Shown: positions 1 through 10,842, counted from the first letter of the stretch. The stretch is 64,000 nt of DNA from Patescibacteria group bacterium (GCA_038063815.1 JBBTUJ010000005.1:4875-68874); one strand, 5' to 3'. Made by a program: numbers and translations. Notes: generated by a model from the sequence alone, not told the origin.

Positions 1-521
1 AGAACTGAACCATTGACGAGATAGGGGGTTATAAAATCAAGAACGTCGCGTGTCGGCTCATACAAATCGCAATCAACATAGACGATTGCCGCTTTGGTAG
101 AACCGATCTTGTGTATCGTCTCATCTCGCTTAGCCCCGACAAGAGTTTCTTCAAAAAAGCCGGGAATAGTTGTCACACCGTTATCTTTTGCACCAACGGC
201 ACGCATCCCCCTCATGAAATCTTCTTCACTGCATGCTCGACCACCCTCGACGAGAATCCCCGTCGTATCATCTTTGCCTGTGGGACGACCAAATCCTTTG
301 AATGAATCAAATGCATAGATATGAAAAGGAGACATACGACGAAGTCGTGCGGCACGAAATATATATTGCGTAACCGCTCCTTGAAAAACACCGAACTCAA
401 AATAGTCCCCTTTGACATGGGTATGTTTCCAAAAATCCAATGCGCGATTGATGATCATGCCTCGCGCCATATTACCTCGGTATTGATACCGAAGGACGAG
501 TTGTTTGAGAAGTCCAATCAT
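1..521 (-). CDS. TylF/MycF (macrocin-O-methyltransferase family) SAM-dependent methyltransferase, 3' end runs off the window
   Basis: Manual translation (not in the ORF track): MIGLLKQ...GDYFEFGVFQG...AFDSFKG...GFFEETL...VYVDCDLYEPT, the typical TylF motifs. Confidence 0.85.
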   Translation of the reverse strand, partial: MIGLLKQLVLRYQYRGNMARGMIINRALDFWKHTHVKGDYFEFGVFQGAVTQYIFRAARLRRMSPFHIYAFDSFKGFGRPTGKDDTTGILVEGGRACSEEDFMRGMRAVGAKDNGVTTIPGFFEETLVGAKRDETIHKIGSTKAAIVYVDCDLYEPTRDVLDFITPYLVNGSV

Positions 522-551
522 ACGGGGGCGATTATAGCACGCACCACAAAA

Positions 552-1568
552 CTACGATCGGGGTCGCTTATGAAGTCCAAGATACTGATACCCACGAACA
601 AGAACGGAACGGCAGTACGCTTGTATGTTTGAGATAAGGTGGAAAACCCGATAGACAAAAGCGTTTTCACTAAAGTCGCCACGCATATACATTGGTATGA
701 CAATACCCATATCGCGGATAGAATTGATTGTTGGGTCAACCGCCGTAACAAGCCTCAACGCGTCTTGAGCGGTATGTAGATAGAGTTGATACATTTCCCA
801 CGAATCCTGTTTCGTGCGACGGCGGTTGAAATCAGAACCCTTGAGTAAGATGTCATGCCAGATACTCTTGTAATGGATAACATGCATTTCGTCAGTAATT
901 GGTTTTGAATTTGTCTCATTGAGAAGCGAGCATGGGAACGCGTGGACTCTAATCGGATGTCCTTTCGTCGAAATTGTGTAATCGGCCTTCGAGGGGTCGT
1001 ACGCAATCATCTCCCAATACGCCATTTGCTCTGGAGCGCCATAGGGGTAGGCACGTGTTGTCGATTGTTCTCGAAGCTCGGGGATGTTGGTGATATGAAT
1101 CGTTCGTTCGTTCAACTCCTCGAGAAACGCGGCAGCGGCTTCTGATGCACGCATGAGGTAGACACCACCATTGAGTGGGTATACTTCACCGGGCTTATGG
1201 GTGAACGCAACGTCGAATGGTATCTCAAAGAAGTGCCTAAGATCTTTTCTGACAAGCATGTCCACATCAAGAAAAACAAAGTTTTCTCCGATATGCTGAC
1301 GAATCGCCTCGGTCCAAAACTTGGGGCGGTTTGCGATACGTTCGATGAAATCGCCCTTGATCGAAGTCCCCGTGTCGACGAACTCGAATTGCGGAAATGC
1401 TTTTTCCAAAAGGCGCGTCCTCGGTGTCACATCATCCCAGAAGATAGTTGCCCGCGCCATCGGATTTGACTTTGAGATTGAGTACAATAAAACCAAAAGC
1501 ATTCCCCCGTACTTCTTCCCATAGACAGATGTCACGAAATGGATTGGTTCCTGTTCATTTTTTTGCAT
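552..1568 (-). CDS. GT-A fold glycosyltransferase (nucleotide-diphospho-sugar transferase-like)
   Basis: FLDVD DxD motif, LNGGVYL, IHYK; start placed at MQK, 7 nt after TATAGT. Confidence 0.7.
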   Translation of the reverse strand: MQKNEQEPIHFVTSVYGKKYGGMLLVLLYSISKSNPMARATIFWDDVTPRTRLLEKAFPQFEFVDTGTSIKGDFIERIANRPKFWTEAIRQHIGENFVFLDVDMLVRKDLRHFFEIPFDVAFTHKPGEVYPLNGGVYLMRASEAAAAFLEELNERTIHITNIPELREQSTTRAYPYGAPEQMAYWEMIAYDPSKADYTISTKGHPIRVHAFPCSLLNETNSKPITDEMHVIHYKSIWHDILLKGSDFNRRRTKQDSWEMYQLYLHTAQDALRLVTAVDPTINSIRDMGIVIPMYMRGDFSENAFVYRVFHLISNIQAYCRSVLVRGYQYLGLHKRPRS

Positions 1569-1765
1569 GAAAACCACTATAGCACGGGATATACAAGCAT
1601 CGTGTACACGCCCGTATTAACAAAAACAAAGAGGTTTGTGGCCACCCGGATCAAAAAGAAAGACCGTAGTACGCCAAAATATGACATGCTATACTCCGCG
1701 CGGACGCCCTTTGGCAGAACTGTCCTAACCAATACCACGAGCCATTTACCCCCAAGGAGACCCCC

Positions 1766-3277
1766 GTGAACAGCGTGTGCCTTATCATTCCACCGTCGGT
1801 GTTCCTCACCGATGAGCGAGTGTTCATGACACTCGGCATCCTCAAGGTCGCCGCGGTGCTTGAGGCCCGCGGTGTTCCAGTTGAGGTCCTCGACCTGTCC
1901 GGCATAAACAACTTCGAAGAGGCCGCCAGAGACCATGCAGCCGCAACAACTGCGACTGTCTTTGGTCTAACGGCAACGACGCCACAACTGCCGGCAACGA
2001 TGGTCATAACCAAAGCCATCCGGTCTGTGCGTAAAGACGCGCGAATCATGCTCGGCGGGCCACACATCACACTGACGAACGCCGCCTACAAACGTGAACA
2101 GACGCACGGAATTCTCGGAGGACGGGCCGTGCCGGCAATGCGACAACTCGTCGAGTCATTCGACGTGCTTGTTGCAGGTGACGGAGAAGATGCCGTCTTC
2201 CTCGCACTGGCAGAAGATGCGCCGCAACTCATCGACGCCGATGATCCTGCGTCACCGCTTTTCCTCACCAATGAGCGCCTCACATCACTTCCGTTCCCCG
2301 CACGTCACCTCGTTGACGTCGGGAGTTACCACTACGCGATCGAGGGCGTTCCAGCCCTTTCCATGATCGCGCAGTTGGGATGTCCATTCGCGTGCGGTTT
2401 CTGTGGCGGAAGGGAATCCGCCATGCTTCGCCGCATTCGAATGCGGACTTCAGAGAACATCGTCGAAGAGATGGTGCACCTCTACACAACGTACGGGTGC
2501 AATGCGTTCATGATGTACGACGATGAACTCAACGTGAACAGAGGGATGCTTGACCTCATGCACCAGATCAGTGAGGCACAGGAGCGCCTCGGTGCGTCCT
2601 GGAAGCTGCGTGGGTTCATCAAGTCCCAACTCTTCACCGACGAGCAGGCATCGGCAATGCACCGAGCCGGATTCCGGTGGATTTTGACCGGGTTCGAGTC
2701 GGGCTCTCCGCGAATCCTGGAGAACATCAACAAGCGGTCAACGCGCGACGAAAACACTCGTTGCGTTGAGATTGCGCGCCGACACAATCTCAAGGTGAAG
2801 GCGCTGATGTCAATCGGACATCCCGGCGAAACGCCGGAAACGGTCGCGGACACAGAGCAATGGCTTGTCGAAGTGGCACCAGACGATTTCGATGTCAGCA
2901 TCATCACGTGTTATCCCGGGACACCCTACTACGATCACGCAGTACGTCATGCGACGCTTCCCGGAGTTTGGACCTACACGTACGAGAAGAATGGTGATCA
3001 ACTTCACCAAATCGAGGTCGACTACGCCACGGTCGCTGACTACTACAAAGGCGACCCCGACGGAGGATACACCGCGTACGTCTTCACTGACGCCCTGTCG
3101 GCAAACGAGCTCGTCGCCGCACGCAATGCCATCGAGCGAAATGTTCGCGCTCGTTTTGGCATCCCGTTCAGTCCGAGCGCTCCCGCGATCAGGTACGAGC
3201 ACTCGATGGGGCAGTTTCCCCCATTCGTTCTGCAGCATCCGCTTCCTGGCGGAACACGGAAGGACAGTTCATCCTGA
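1766..3277 (+). CDS. B12-binding domain radical SAM protein
   Basis: N-terminal LGILKVAA/LGGPH cobalamin-binding domain, CPFACGFC CxxxCxxC, GFESGS, YPGTP; GTG start after AAGGAG. Confidence 0.9.
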   Translation: MNSVCLIIPPSVFLTDERVFMTLGILKVAAVLEARGVPVEVLDLSGINNFEEAARDHAAATTATVFGLTATTPQLPATMVITKAIRSVRKDARIMLGGPHITLTNAAYKREQTHGILGGRAVPAMRQLVESFDVLVAGDGEDAVFLALAEDAPQLIDADDPASPLFLTNERLTSLPFPARHLVDVGSYHYAIEGVPALSMIAQLGCPFACGFCGGRESAMLRRIRMRTSENIVEEMVHLYTTYGCNAFMMYDDELNVNRGMLDLMHQISEAQERLGASWKLRGFIKSQLFTDEQASAMHRAGFRWILTGFESGSPRILENINKRSTRDENTRCVEIARRHNLKVKALMSIGHPGETPETVADTEQWLVEVAPDDFDVSIITCYPGTPYYDHAVRHATLPGVWTYTYEKNGDQLHQIEVDYATVADYYKGDPDGGYTAYVFTDALSANELVAARNAIERNVRARFGIPFSPSAPAIRYEHSMGQFPPFVLQHPLPGGTRKDSSS

Positions 3278-3301
3278 AAACTCGTCGCCACTTCGCGCGA
3301 C

Positions 3302-3340
3302 GGAGGGCCGCCCAGCGTTGCTGGTCGGCCTTCTCTTTTT
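3302..3340 (+). terminator. Intrinsic terminator of the radical SAM gene
   Basis: GC stem ggagggccg/ccagc...gctgg/tcggccttct followed by a T run. Confidence 0.7.
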
Positions 3341-3362
3341 ATGTACCAAGGACATCATCTTT

Positions 3363-4613
3363 TCAGAGAATGTCGTGTACGCTAAATCCTCCTTGCGCCC
3401 TGATACGCGACACGTAGCCAGTGATTGCGAGAATGAGGAGGAGTGGAGTGATGGGTACCAAAAAACCATTCGCAAGCGATATCGAATCGAAACTTGAGAG
3501 TGTTGCTGTTGAGATGATCGCAACGAAGATGTATACCGTCAGAAGGAATACAAGGAGAGAGAACCCGCGAATCCGTAGCCGGATACATGTCACAAGCGCT
3601 CCAACCAAAACCGCAAGGTGTAGTATGGTGAGCAGAATCTTAACAATAAAAATATTTCGTTCTTTTGGTGAGAAATCTGCAATCCCCTGCTGTCCTCTTA
3701 GAATCTCAACACCACGTTCTTTGTACGAGAATGTCGCGCCACTATCGAGCGTGTGAAGCCCGACAGGAAATGAGAACACCCTCACAAAACCTTCCCGGAA
3801 CATCGGCTCACCGATAGCAAAAAGCGAGCGCGTTGTCTTCCGTATGCTCTCGGGCCTAAGATAGTTCTGCTCACCTTTTGCGATAACAGGCGCAACTGAA
3901 AAATCTTCGTACAGGAATATATTCCTGTATGTCCACGGCAGGATAACGAGAGCGACAGCGGAGCACATGATCGCAACAATCACCACACGTTTTCCTATTC
4001 TCTCCCGCTTTTCTTTTTCACGAACACCATCGACGAGAGCCCACAGGGCGAACACAATAGGCAAGAAAAGGGCGATAACATCAGTAAGCGCGCCGAGACC
4101 GAGAAGGATGCCGCAGACGAGTGCTCGCCAGACACTTTCTTCTTTGAGTGCCCGGATAAAAAAGAAGACCGCGGCCGTAAATACAACGGCATACAAGAGA
4201 GCCGAACTTCCGTGCCGTATCTGAAAGAGGAACGATGGCCACACCGCTGCAAGAAGCGCCACAATCCAAGGGATCCTACCACTTGCCACTTCTTTTGCGA
4301 TCGCATAGATAAGAAGTACGAACACGATGTGGAGCAGTATCTGCGAGATTGCGAGCGCTGTTCCGCTTGACCCGATCGTTAGGTAGATGAACGCGAGGTA
4401 CAAGGGCCAACCCGGAGCGTTCCGACCGAACTCGTGCAGAACAAAATCTCCATCAAGGATATGGTGTGCTGCGGCATCGTAGAGCGGAAAATCTTGATTC
4501 AATCGCAGATCATCTACCCGAGGAACCATGACGCACGTCGCAACAACGCACGCGAGAAGAAGAGCGAGGAGAAGCGCCCGATGATCTCTATACCAATGAT
4601 TCGTACGGTCCAT
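3363..4613 (-). CDS. GT-C membrane glycosyltransferase (ArnT/PMT, GT39-like)
   Basis: Multi-TM protein with DFPLYD, PGWPLYL and PWTYRN motifs; start trimmed to MDRT. Confidence 0.75.
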   Translation of the reverse strand: MDRTNHWYRDHRALLLALLLACVVATCVMVPRVDDLRLNQDFPLYDAAAHHILDGDFVLHEFGRNAPGWPLYLAFIYLTIGSSGTALAISQILLHIVFVLLIYAIAKEVASGRIPWIVALLAAVWPSFLFQIRHGSSALLYAVVFTAAVFFFIRALKEESVWRALVCGILLGLGALTDVIALFLPIVFALWALVDGVREKEKRERIGKRVVIVAIMCSAVALVILPWTYRNIFLYEDFSVAPVIAKGEQNYLRPESIRKTTRSLFAIGEPMFREGFVRVFSFPVGLHTLDSGATFSYKERGVEILRGQQGIADFSPKERNIFIVKILLTILHLAVLVGALVTCIRLRIRGFSLLVFLLTVYIFVAIISTATLSSFDSISLANGFLVPITPLLLILAITGYVSRIRAQGGFSVHDIL

Positions 4614-4619
4614 ACAAAT

Positions 4620-5246
4620 ATGAGCGTGACAGATGTATATGATACACTCGACCGATATATGCAGCCAGACATATCTCGCATCGTCGATGCCCATCACGGA
4701 TCGTCCTCAGGATTCAGTCGTCACTATCTGACGCTCTATTCGATTATCCTTGGTATAGAAGCGAAGAGTGTGCTTGAGGTTGGTGCCGGATTCTCGACGC
4801 AGACGATACTTGCCGCGCTCAAAGAGACCGGAGGGAAGCTCATGACATTCGATATGCGTGACCTCAAGGGCACCGGCAATCCGGAGAGTCTTCGAACAGA
4901 GTTCGCAAATGCATGGACATACGTGCAGGGAGATACTCGGAATACATTGCACACGATCGAAAAGATGACATTTGACGTGATCCTCCATGACGGATCGCAT
5001 GAGTGGCGTGTCGTTCTGAAAGACCTTCGAAAAATACTCCCGCACATAAAACAGAATGGGCTTCTTCTCGTCCACGACACCGAACACCCGGCATTCCGTC
5101 TCAAATTCGCAACACGGCTCGCGCTCATCGGGTATCGACACGAAATAGTCACGCTCCCCTATGGCTACGGCCTCACGATTGTCCGTATCCTCGGCAACAA
5201 ACGAAACGGCTCAGTGAGAACGACCTGGGAAAAGAACAGAAAATAG
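4620..5246 (+). CDS. Class I SAM-dependent methyltransferase (Methyltransf_24-like)
   Basis: VLEVGAGFST, FDVILHDGSH, LLVHD; start uncertain (4620 or 4659). Confidence 0.8.
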   Translation: MSVTDVYDTLDRYMQPDISRIVDAHHGSSSGFSRHYLTLYSIILGIEAKSVLEVGAGFSTQTILAALKETGGKLMTFDMRDLKGTGNPESLRTEFANAWTYVQGDTRNTLHTIEKMTFDVILHDGSHEWRVVLKDLRKILPHIKQNGLLLVHDTEHPAFRLKFATRLALIGYRHEIVTLPYGYGLTIVRILGNKRNGSVRTTWEKNRK

Positions 5247-6086
5247 AAGCGCTGCATACGAGCGAGGTGAAAGCGGCGCGTGCTTCCACACTTCGCACGC
5301 ATACATGCGTGCTTTTGCTTTCATGCCAGCACACGCACACGCGATCGATGTTCCATACACAATCTGTACGTAGCGTGCCTTACATTCTTTTTTGAGAATG
5401 TGACCAAAATCGACAAGAAACGCATCGAGGTGTGGGGCACGATTCGCCGAGCGTGCATAATCGAATTTTTTCCGTCCCTGCGTGAGTGAGCCCGGCGTAT
5501 CAAGAAACACATCCCCCAGCGGTTCCTGAGAATGGAACCACTGACCCTGCGCAGCAAGACGTGCAGCAACGATGAAATCGACATTGCGTGATACATACGG
5601 CGCTTTTAGATACGCATCCTTTCGCGCAAGACGAACCTTCTCGTTATTCCCGAGATATTTGCAGAGAGTTTGTTGAAGTGAGACGTACCCGCTCGTGCGT
5701 ACAGGAAACGGGACCTCCTTGTCCCCGCGCATCATCCGCGCGGGCACTGAAACAACAATGGCATCGGGGTGCGCTTCCACGAGCAAGCGAAGAAAAGCGA
5801 GCGCGTTGGGGTAGAGAGTGTCATCACTGTCCCACACAAGGACGTACTCCCCTTTTGCTTCTTTGATTCCTTGATTGCGCGCAAATGATGCGCCCTTATT
5901 CTCCGGCAATTGAACAGTCCGCAGACGTGAGTCCGTGAATCCGGCAAGGATATCCTTCGTCCCATCCGTCGAACCATCATCAACGACAATGATTTCAAAA
6001 CCCATATCTGTTTGTGAAAGAACGCTCGCAAGACATGCCTGAAGCGTGTGAGATCTATTGTATGTTGCTATGACAATGCTGAGCAT
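5211..6086 (-). CDS. Glycosyltransferase family 2
   Basis: SIVIATYNR, VVDDGSTD, ARNQG, DSDD. Confidence 0.92.
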   Translation of the reverse strand: MLSIVIATYNRSHTLQACLASVLSQTDMGFEIIVVDDGSTDGTKDILAGFTDSRLRTVQLPENKGASFARNQGIKEAKGEYVLVWDSDDTLYPNALAFLRLLVEAHPDAIVVSVPARMMRGDKEVPFPVRTSGYVSLQQTLCKYLGNNEKVRLARKDAYLKAPYVSRNVDFIVAARLAAQGQWFHSQEPLGDVFLDTPGSLTQGRKKFDYARSANRAPHLDAFLVDFGHILKKECKARYVQIVYGTSIACACAGMKAKARMYACEVWKHAPLSPRSYAALLFSVLFPGRSH

Positions 6087-7222
6087 CATATGTTTTCCGC
6101 AGCTTCTTCTAATACGTTCATGTATTTCTCCGCCACCTTTTCAATACTGAACCCCTTTGCTGTCTTTTGTGCTTCTTGTGCAACGCTATTTCTTTTCTCT
6201 ACAGACAAGTGAGCAACATGCGCGAGCGTGGTAGCAACACTTTCTGGAGTATGTTCAATGAAGAAACCGTTGATCCCCTCGCGTATATACTCGTTAACAC
6301 CGGCAATCCTCGTCGAGAGAACAGGGAGACCGAATGCGATTGCTTCAAGCACAGCATTAGGTCCACCTTCATGCCGCGACGAGAGCACAAAGATGTCCGC
6401 CGCAGCATAAAAAGCATACGCATCGTCACGGTGTCCTAATAACTTTACAAAAGGAAGACCGCCCCGAAGAGAGAGTAGCCGCTCGAGATTCGATCGCTCT
6501 ATCCCATCTCCCAAGATAACCAAAACGTACTCCGGATTTTCTTTGTGGAATGTAAGAAAACCTTCAATGAGAAGCGCCTGATTTTTTTGAGGTTTAAGCC
6601 GACCCACGTTAAGAACTATTTTTTTCTCTTTCGTTAAACCAAGCTCTGCTCGAAGACGCGCCACCACCTCTTCAGACCCCACCCTAAAGTGCTCAATCTC
6701 ATCGACATCAACCCCGTTCAAAATCACAAGAAATTTTGACAAAGGGATACAAGCTTGTTTACTTGCAAATTCTGCAACCACTGCAGATATGGCAATAATT
6801 CGGTATGACATGTAGGAAAGTACATGATCAATCACTTTTTGAAAAAAATTCTTCTCAATATATGTGTTATGTTCCCGAGTGATGCTCGTGTAGCCAAAAA
6901 ATGGCTTTAAAAGGCGGAATATTGTATTCGCCCAAAAGGCACTCGACACCACGACGTGAGGTTTCGCCCTACGTAGAGACGCGAACAATTTCCTCCACAT
7001 GGCAAAGTCCAGATTGGAGGTAAAGGTCAATCGCACTACTTTCACTTCGGGTGGGAGCTGATGATAAAGGGTTTTTTTGTCAGGGTATTCAAAAAAGGTG
7101 AAGAGGGAGACATCGAACATCTCATAGTCATACACCCTCATCTGCTTCAGCAATTGTCGTTCTGTTCCGCCCACAACAAAGCTTGGAAGCGCAAATACGA
7201 CCCGAATCTTTTCTTTTCTCAT
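6086..7222 (-). CDS. Glycosyltransferase family 4
   Basis: GGTER, VGRLKPQKN, EGGPNAVLEA; start trimmed to MRKE. Confidence 0.9.
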   Translation of the reverse strand: MRKEKIRVVFALPSFVVGGTERQLLKQMRVYDYEMFDVSLFTFFEYPDKKTLYHQLPPEVKVVRLTFTSNLDFAMWRKLFASLRRAKPHVVVSSAFWANTIFRLLKPFFGYTSITREHNTYIEKNFFQKVIDHVLSYMSYRIIAISAVVAEFASKQACIPLSKFLVILNGVDVDEIEHFRVGSEEVVARLRAELGLTKEKKIVLNVGRLKPQKNQALLIEGFLTFHKENPEYVLVILGDGIERSNLERLLSLRGGLPFVKLLGHRDDAYAFYAAADIFVLSSRHEGGPNAVLEAIAFGLPVLSTRIAGVNEYIREGINGFFIEHTPESVATTLAHVAHLSVEKRNSVAQEAQKTAKGFSIEKVAEKYMNVLEEAAENI

Positions 7223-7274
7223 GAAATTGACTATATCCTTCAGAAATGATGAACACAATGGTACTCTTAGAATA

Positions 7275-8207
7275 ATGTCTACCCACAAGAGAGAGAGTAG
7301 AGAAAACACCGTCTCAGTTGGCCTTATTGGAATCGGCCCGTGGGGAATGAAACTTGCCTCACGATTCGATGCACAGGCAAATCTGCGAGGATTCACTGCG
7401 AAAGGAAATGCGGAGAGAGTCGAGATCTTCAAAAAAGAATTCCCCTCTGTTACCCACTACTCAAGTACCGAGGCTCTTTTAGAGGATACAAGCATCCAAG
7501 CAGTTGTGATCGCGACACCAATCGAAACACACTTCGAGATGGCCCGCTTGGCGCTCAACCACGGAAAACATGTTTTTGTAGAAAAACCCGCCGCACTCGA
7601 CCAGACGAGCGTACGCGAGCTCATCGGACTCGCCCAGAAGCATAACCGGGTACTCTTTACTGGCTACACATTCCTCTATCATCCCGTGTACAAGCACCTG
7701 CGAGAGTTGATAAAAGATACACCCCCGCAACGCATCATCTTCTCATGGCAGAAGCTCGGGAGCTTCCGAGAATCCGGCATCCTCAATCTCATCTGCCACG
7801 ATGTGGCGCTTTTCGCTGATCTCGTGGGCGAGCTTCGGGGAAGCCACATCTTCTTTCGGGCCGATATCATCGGTAAGGACGATATTGCCCAGATAGGGTC
7901 TTCATTCGGAACTGCCGGATCAGCACTCTTCACAATCAACCGTGTGTTCCCCGGAATACCGACGAAATCCGTCGTCGTGATGACCGATTCTGAAACCTAT
8001 GTATGGGAAAATGATGCCTTGTACAAAGCATCCGATGGATCGCTTCATGACATCACGGAGAAGGTCATCGCATCGCAACCGCTCGAGCAAGAATGCTCGC
8101 ACTTCCTCGAACGTGTCGCCGAGGACACATACTGGTCTCGCTCTGACGGAGTTCACGATATGGAAGTTGCTCGTTTCTTTGAGGAAGTCATGCCGCCATC
8201 GGCTTAA
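7275..8207 (+). CDS. Gfo/Idh/MocA family oxidoreductase
   Basis: GIGPWG Rossmann motif, IATP, HVFVEKP, HD. Confidence 0.88.
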   Translation: MSTHKRESRENTVSVGLIGIGPWGMKLASRFDAQANLRGFTAKGNAERVEIFKKEFPSVTHYSSTEALLEDTSIQAVVIATPIETHFEMARLALNHGKHVFVEKPAALDQTSVRELIGLAQKHNRVLFTGYTFLYHPVYKHLRELIKDTPPQRIIFSWQKLGSFRESGILNLICHDVALFADLVGELRGSHIFFRADIIGKDDIAQIGSSFGTAGSALFTINRVFPGIPTKSVVVMTDSETYVWENDALYKASDGSLHDITEKVIASQPLEQECSHFLERVAEDTYWSRSDGVHDMEVARFFEEVMPPSA

Positions 8208-9301
8208 CCCGTGCTCGAGCCACCATCTCGAACAATCCGAACAATCTCCTCTGCGACGTCAATGCAGGTTCCGATCTTTCCCGAGAAAACCGTAACGATA
8301 CGGTCGTTGATCTTTTGGACGATTGTCGGACGTTCATCAGTATGATCCTTGAATGGAAGAACTGAACGAATGGTGTAAAAAGATCCGATATGTTCAACGT
8401 CTCCAAGGGACGGGATGAACTCACGGATAAGACCGAGGAAGGCTTCTATGTTGCTATGAGACGGCACTGAAATAAGCCCACGGTGCAAAAAATCAGCAAG
8501 ATGCGTCGGGGTGTGCATACCTTTACTGGTCTCACGGTGATGAATTGCATGTTCAACGCTACCGAGCAAATGGAGCCCCGTCGTGCCGTACGGATCAAGG
8601 CAAAAAAACGGACCGTCAATGATAACAAGGCTGATATCTTTAAATTCCTCGGGAAGCCGAACAAGAGGTTTTTCGCAGAGCTCATATTGATATACCTTCT
8701 GATGCTCGGAATTCTCACCGAAGAACTCGTTGAGGTGCCCATATGCAGCAACAATCACCGTGTCGTATGCTTGTGTGGTCTGTTCAGTTGCGGTGGTGTT
8801 GAATATCATTCTCACTCTGCTCGCATCTAAACGCTGTTTGAACTCTCTTTTCAGAGCATGAATATCAATCGCATGTTCCTTAACCTCGATTACAAGAGAT
8901 ATTTTTGACGGATCGAGTAGGACACATTCTGAGACTGTGTATGGAAGCTGGTGTTCGTCGAGAATCCGCAAATACTCTTCGGGACGCACCCGTGATCCTT
9001 CCGTTGGAATCGCATAGAAACGTTTTGCGTCTTTGACTATGGCCGAGGAGAAGGCTTCTTCAAAACGCGGCGTTGATTGGTTACACGATATAATCGTCTC
9101 AGAACTCCGGGGATAGTGATAGCCACGGTGAGATCGCAGTTGATTCGCCCCAGAAGCTCCGAGGAGAATATCCTCTCGAGACTCGTAGACATCGACTGCG
9201 AATCCAGCCGCATCAAGCCAGAGCGCCGCCGTAAGACCAAATATGCCGCCGCCGACGACAGCAATCCTCTTATTTGAGTTGTTTTTAGGAATGGGGCTCA
9301 T
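8204..9301 (-). CDS. FAD-dependent oxidoreductase (DAO-like)
   Basis: VVGGGIFG, HRGYHYPRS, SGKI. Confidence 0.85.
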   Translation of the reverse strand: MSPIPKNNSNKRIAVVGGGIFGLTAALWLDAAGFAVDVYESREDILLGASGANQLRSHRGYHYPRSSETIISCNQSTPRFEEAFSSAIVKDAKRFYAIPTEGSRVRPEEYLRILDEHQLPYTVSECVLLDPSKISLVIEVKEHAIDIHALKREFKQRLDASRVRMIFNTTATEQTTQAYDTVIVAAYGHLNEFFGENSEHQKVYQYELCEKPLVRLPEEFKDISLVIIDGPFFCLDPYGTTGLHLLGSVEHAIHHRETSKGMHTPTHLADFLHRGLISVPSHSNIEAFLGLIREFIPSLGDVEHIGSFYTIRSVLPFKDHTDERPTIVQKINDRIVTVFSGKIGTCIDVAEEIVRIVRDGGSSTG

Positions 9302-10091
9302 AAACAACAATCGCATACCCCATCGGACACAACGGCGCGAATCGATCTGCTTGCATGCACCACGCGACCACGCGCGGGTACCATGGACGATTGCGGAAGA
9401 TAATTTTTCCCGTTGTCCGCTCGGGGATAGTTATCAAAAAGAAATGTGCGAGAAATGACGCGATGCCTCCCAGAGGATACACGGCATAGTGTGATCCGGC
9501 AAAGAGTCTCTTGATCCGCCGTGGGGTGTACTGCCGGTACCCGTGCCACACATACAAAAAAAGACACCAAAATGACGGCACGACGTGCACCTCGATTCCC
9601 TCTGGAGCCCGGGATGCATGCGCAATACGAACTGCGTTTGCATCATCGGGTATATGCTCAAGAGAGGTATTCGAGATGACGAAATCAAATGTTTGTTCTG
9701 GAGAAAACCTCTCGATTCCCTTTTCTATGAACGTAGTGATAAAAAGAGGCGTGTCAAATCGTGCAAATCGTTCTTCATGAACAACATCTATGCCGGTATA
9801 TTCCCCCGAGTACCCCCTTGATGTAAGAAGTGTTCGAACGTATCCACTTCCACATCCAATATCAAGAATACGAACCACTCGTTTCGGAAAAATCTTTGGC
9901 ACTTCATACAGAAAAAAAGTGTCGATATATATTCGAAAGAAGGAAGATTCTCCCCTCTCTTGAGGTGGGGGATGAAAGCGTTTTTTAGGAACGCGGGCAA
10001 AAAGACCCGTCATACCACGAGCAAGGTTGTGAAAAAGGTAGCGAACCTGTTGAGGACGGGAAAGAGGTATATCACCGGAGATTTCACGCAT
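9285..10091 (-). CDS. Class I SAM-dependent methyltransferase
   Basis: ILDIGCGSG, SLEHIPD. Confidence 0.85.
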   Translation of the reverse strand: MREISGDIPLSRPQQVRYLFHNLARGMTGLFARVPKKRFHPPPQERGESSFFRIYIDTFFLYEVPKIFPKRVVRILDIGCGSGYVRTLLTSRGYSGEYTGIDVVHEERFARFDTPLFITTFIEKGIERFSPEQTFDFVISNTSLEHIPDDANAVRIAHASRAPEGIEVHVVPSFWCLFLYVWHGYRQYTPRRIKRLFAGSHYAVYPLGGIASFLAHFFLITIPERTTGKIIFRNRPWYPRVVAWCMQADRFAPLCPMGYAIVVYEPHS

Positions 10092-10112
10092 ACAAGATAG
10101 TATAGTTGTTTT

Positions 10113-10835
10113 CTAGGATTGCTTTTTCGGACGGGACAGAAGAACAAAAAACCTTGGCTCAAACACACGACTGTCATAGGGCACGACTTCCGACCCTGTG
10201 GGAGTGTCATAGATACCGAACCGACGACGCATCACGATCTCGCAAAGACGCACTGCACGTCGCACGAAATAATTCGTAAGCCAGCGAGAAACGAGTCGCT
10301 GGCCAAACATTTTCTCAACGATAAGATACGGAGAGAGTTCAGCGATAAGTTCGTCGTATCGATACTCGAGAACATGGAATTGATTGAGTGGGTGGATACT
10401 GAATGGGGATGTCACTTTTTTGTTCGGTGTCGAAATGATGACGAGCCCGTCCGGCGCGAGCCAGCGAGAGAGGTTCGCAAGATATGCGCGCCGCACCTCC
10501 TCTTCGAGATGTTCTATCGTTTCGAATGAGCAGATGATATCAAAGGATGCGTCGGGAAAAAGAGTATCACCCGCAGATGCTTCGATAAATTCGACACCGG
10601 CCTGCGCAAAATGTGTTTGCGCGTAGAGAATGGATTCGTGCGAAACGTCGACACCGGTATACGAAGTAGCCCCTGCGACAATGCACGTCGGGGCTCCGTA
10701 CCCTGTACCACATGCAATATCAAGGACCCGCTTTCCTTTGACAAACGCGGTCGCGAAAGCGTACCGTGCTTGGTGCTCTGCTTCCGTCCGTTCGGATGAT
10801 TCTCCGATAATAACTTGTTCCCCTGTCGCTTTCAT
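10113..10835 (-). CDS. Class I SAM-dependent methyltransferase
   Basis: VLDIACGTGYG, SFETIEH, STPN. Confidence 0.88.
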   Translation of the reverse strand: MKATGEQVIIGESSERTEAEHQARYAFATAFVKGKRVLDIACGTGYGAPTCIVAGATSYTGVDVSHESILYAQTHFAQAGVEFIEASAGDTLFPDASFDIICSFETIEHLEEEVRRAYLANLSRWLAPDGLVIISTPNKKVTSPFSIHPLNQFHVLEYRYDELIAELSPYLIVEKMFGQRLVSRWLTNYFVRRAVRLCEIVMRRRFGIYDTPTGSEVVPYDSRVFEPRFFVLLSRPKKQS

Positions 10836-10842
10836 GTGTCCT

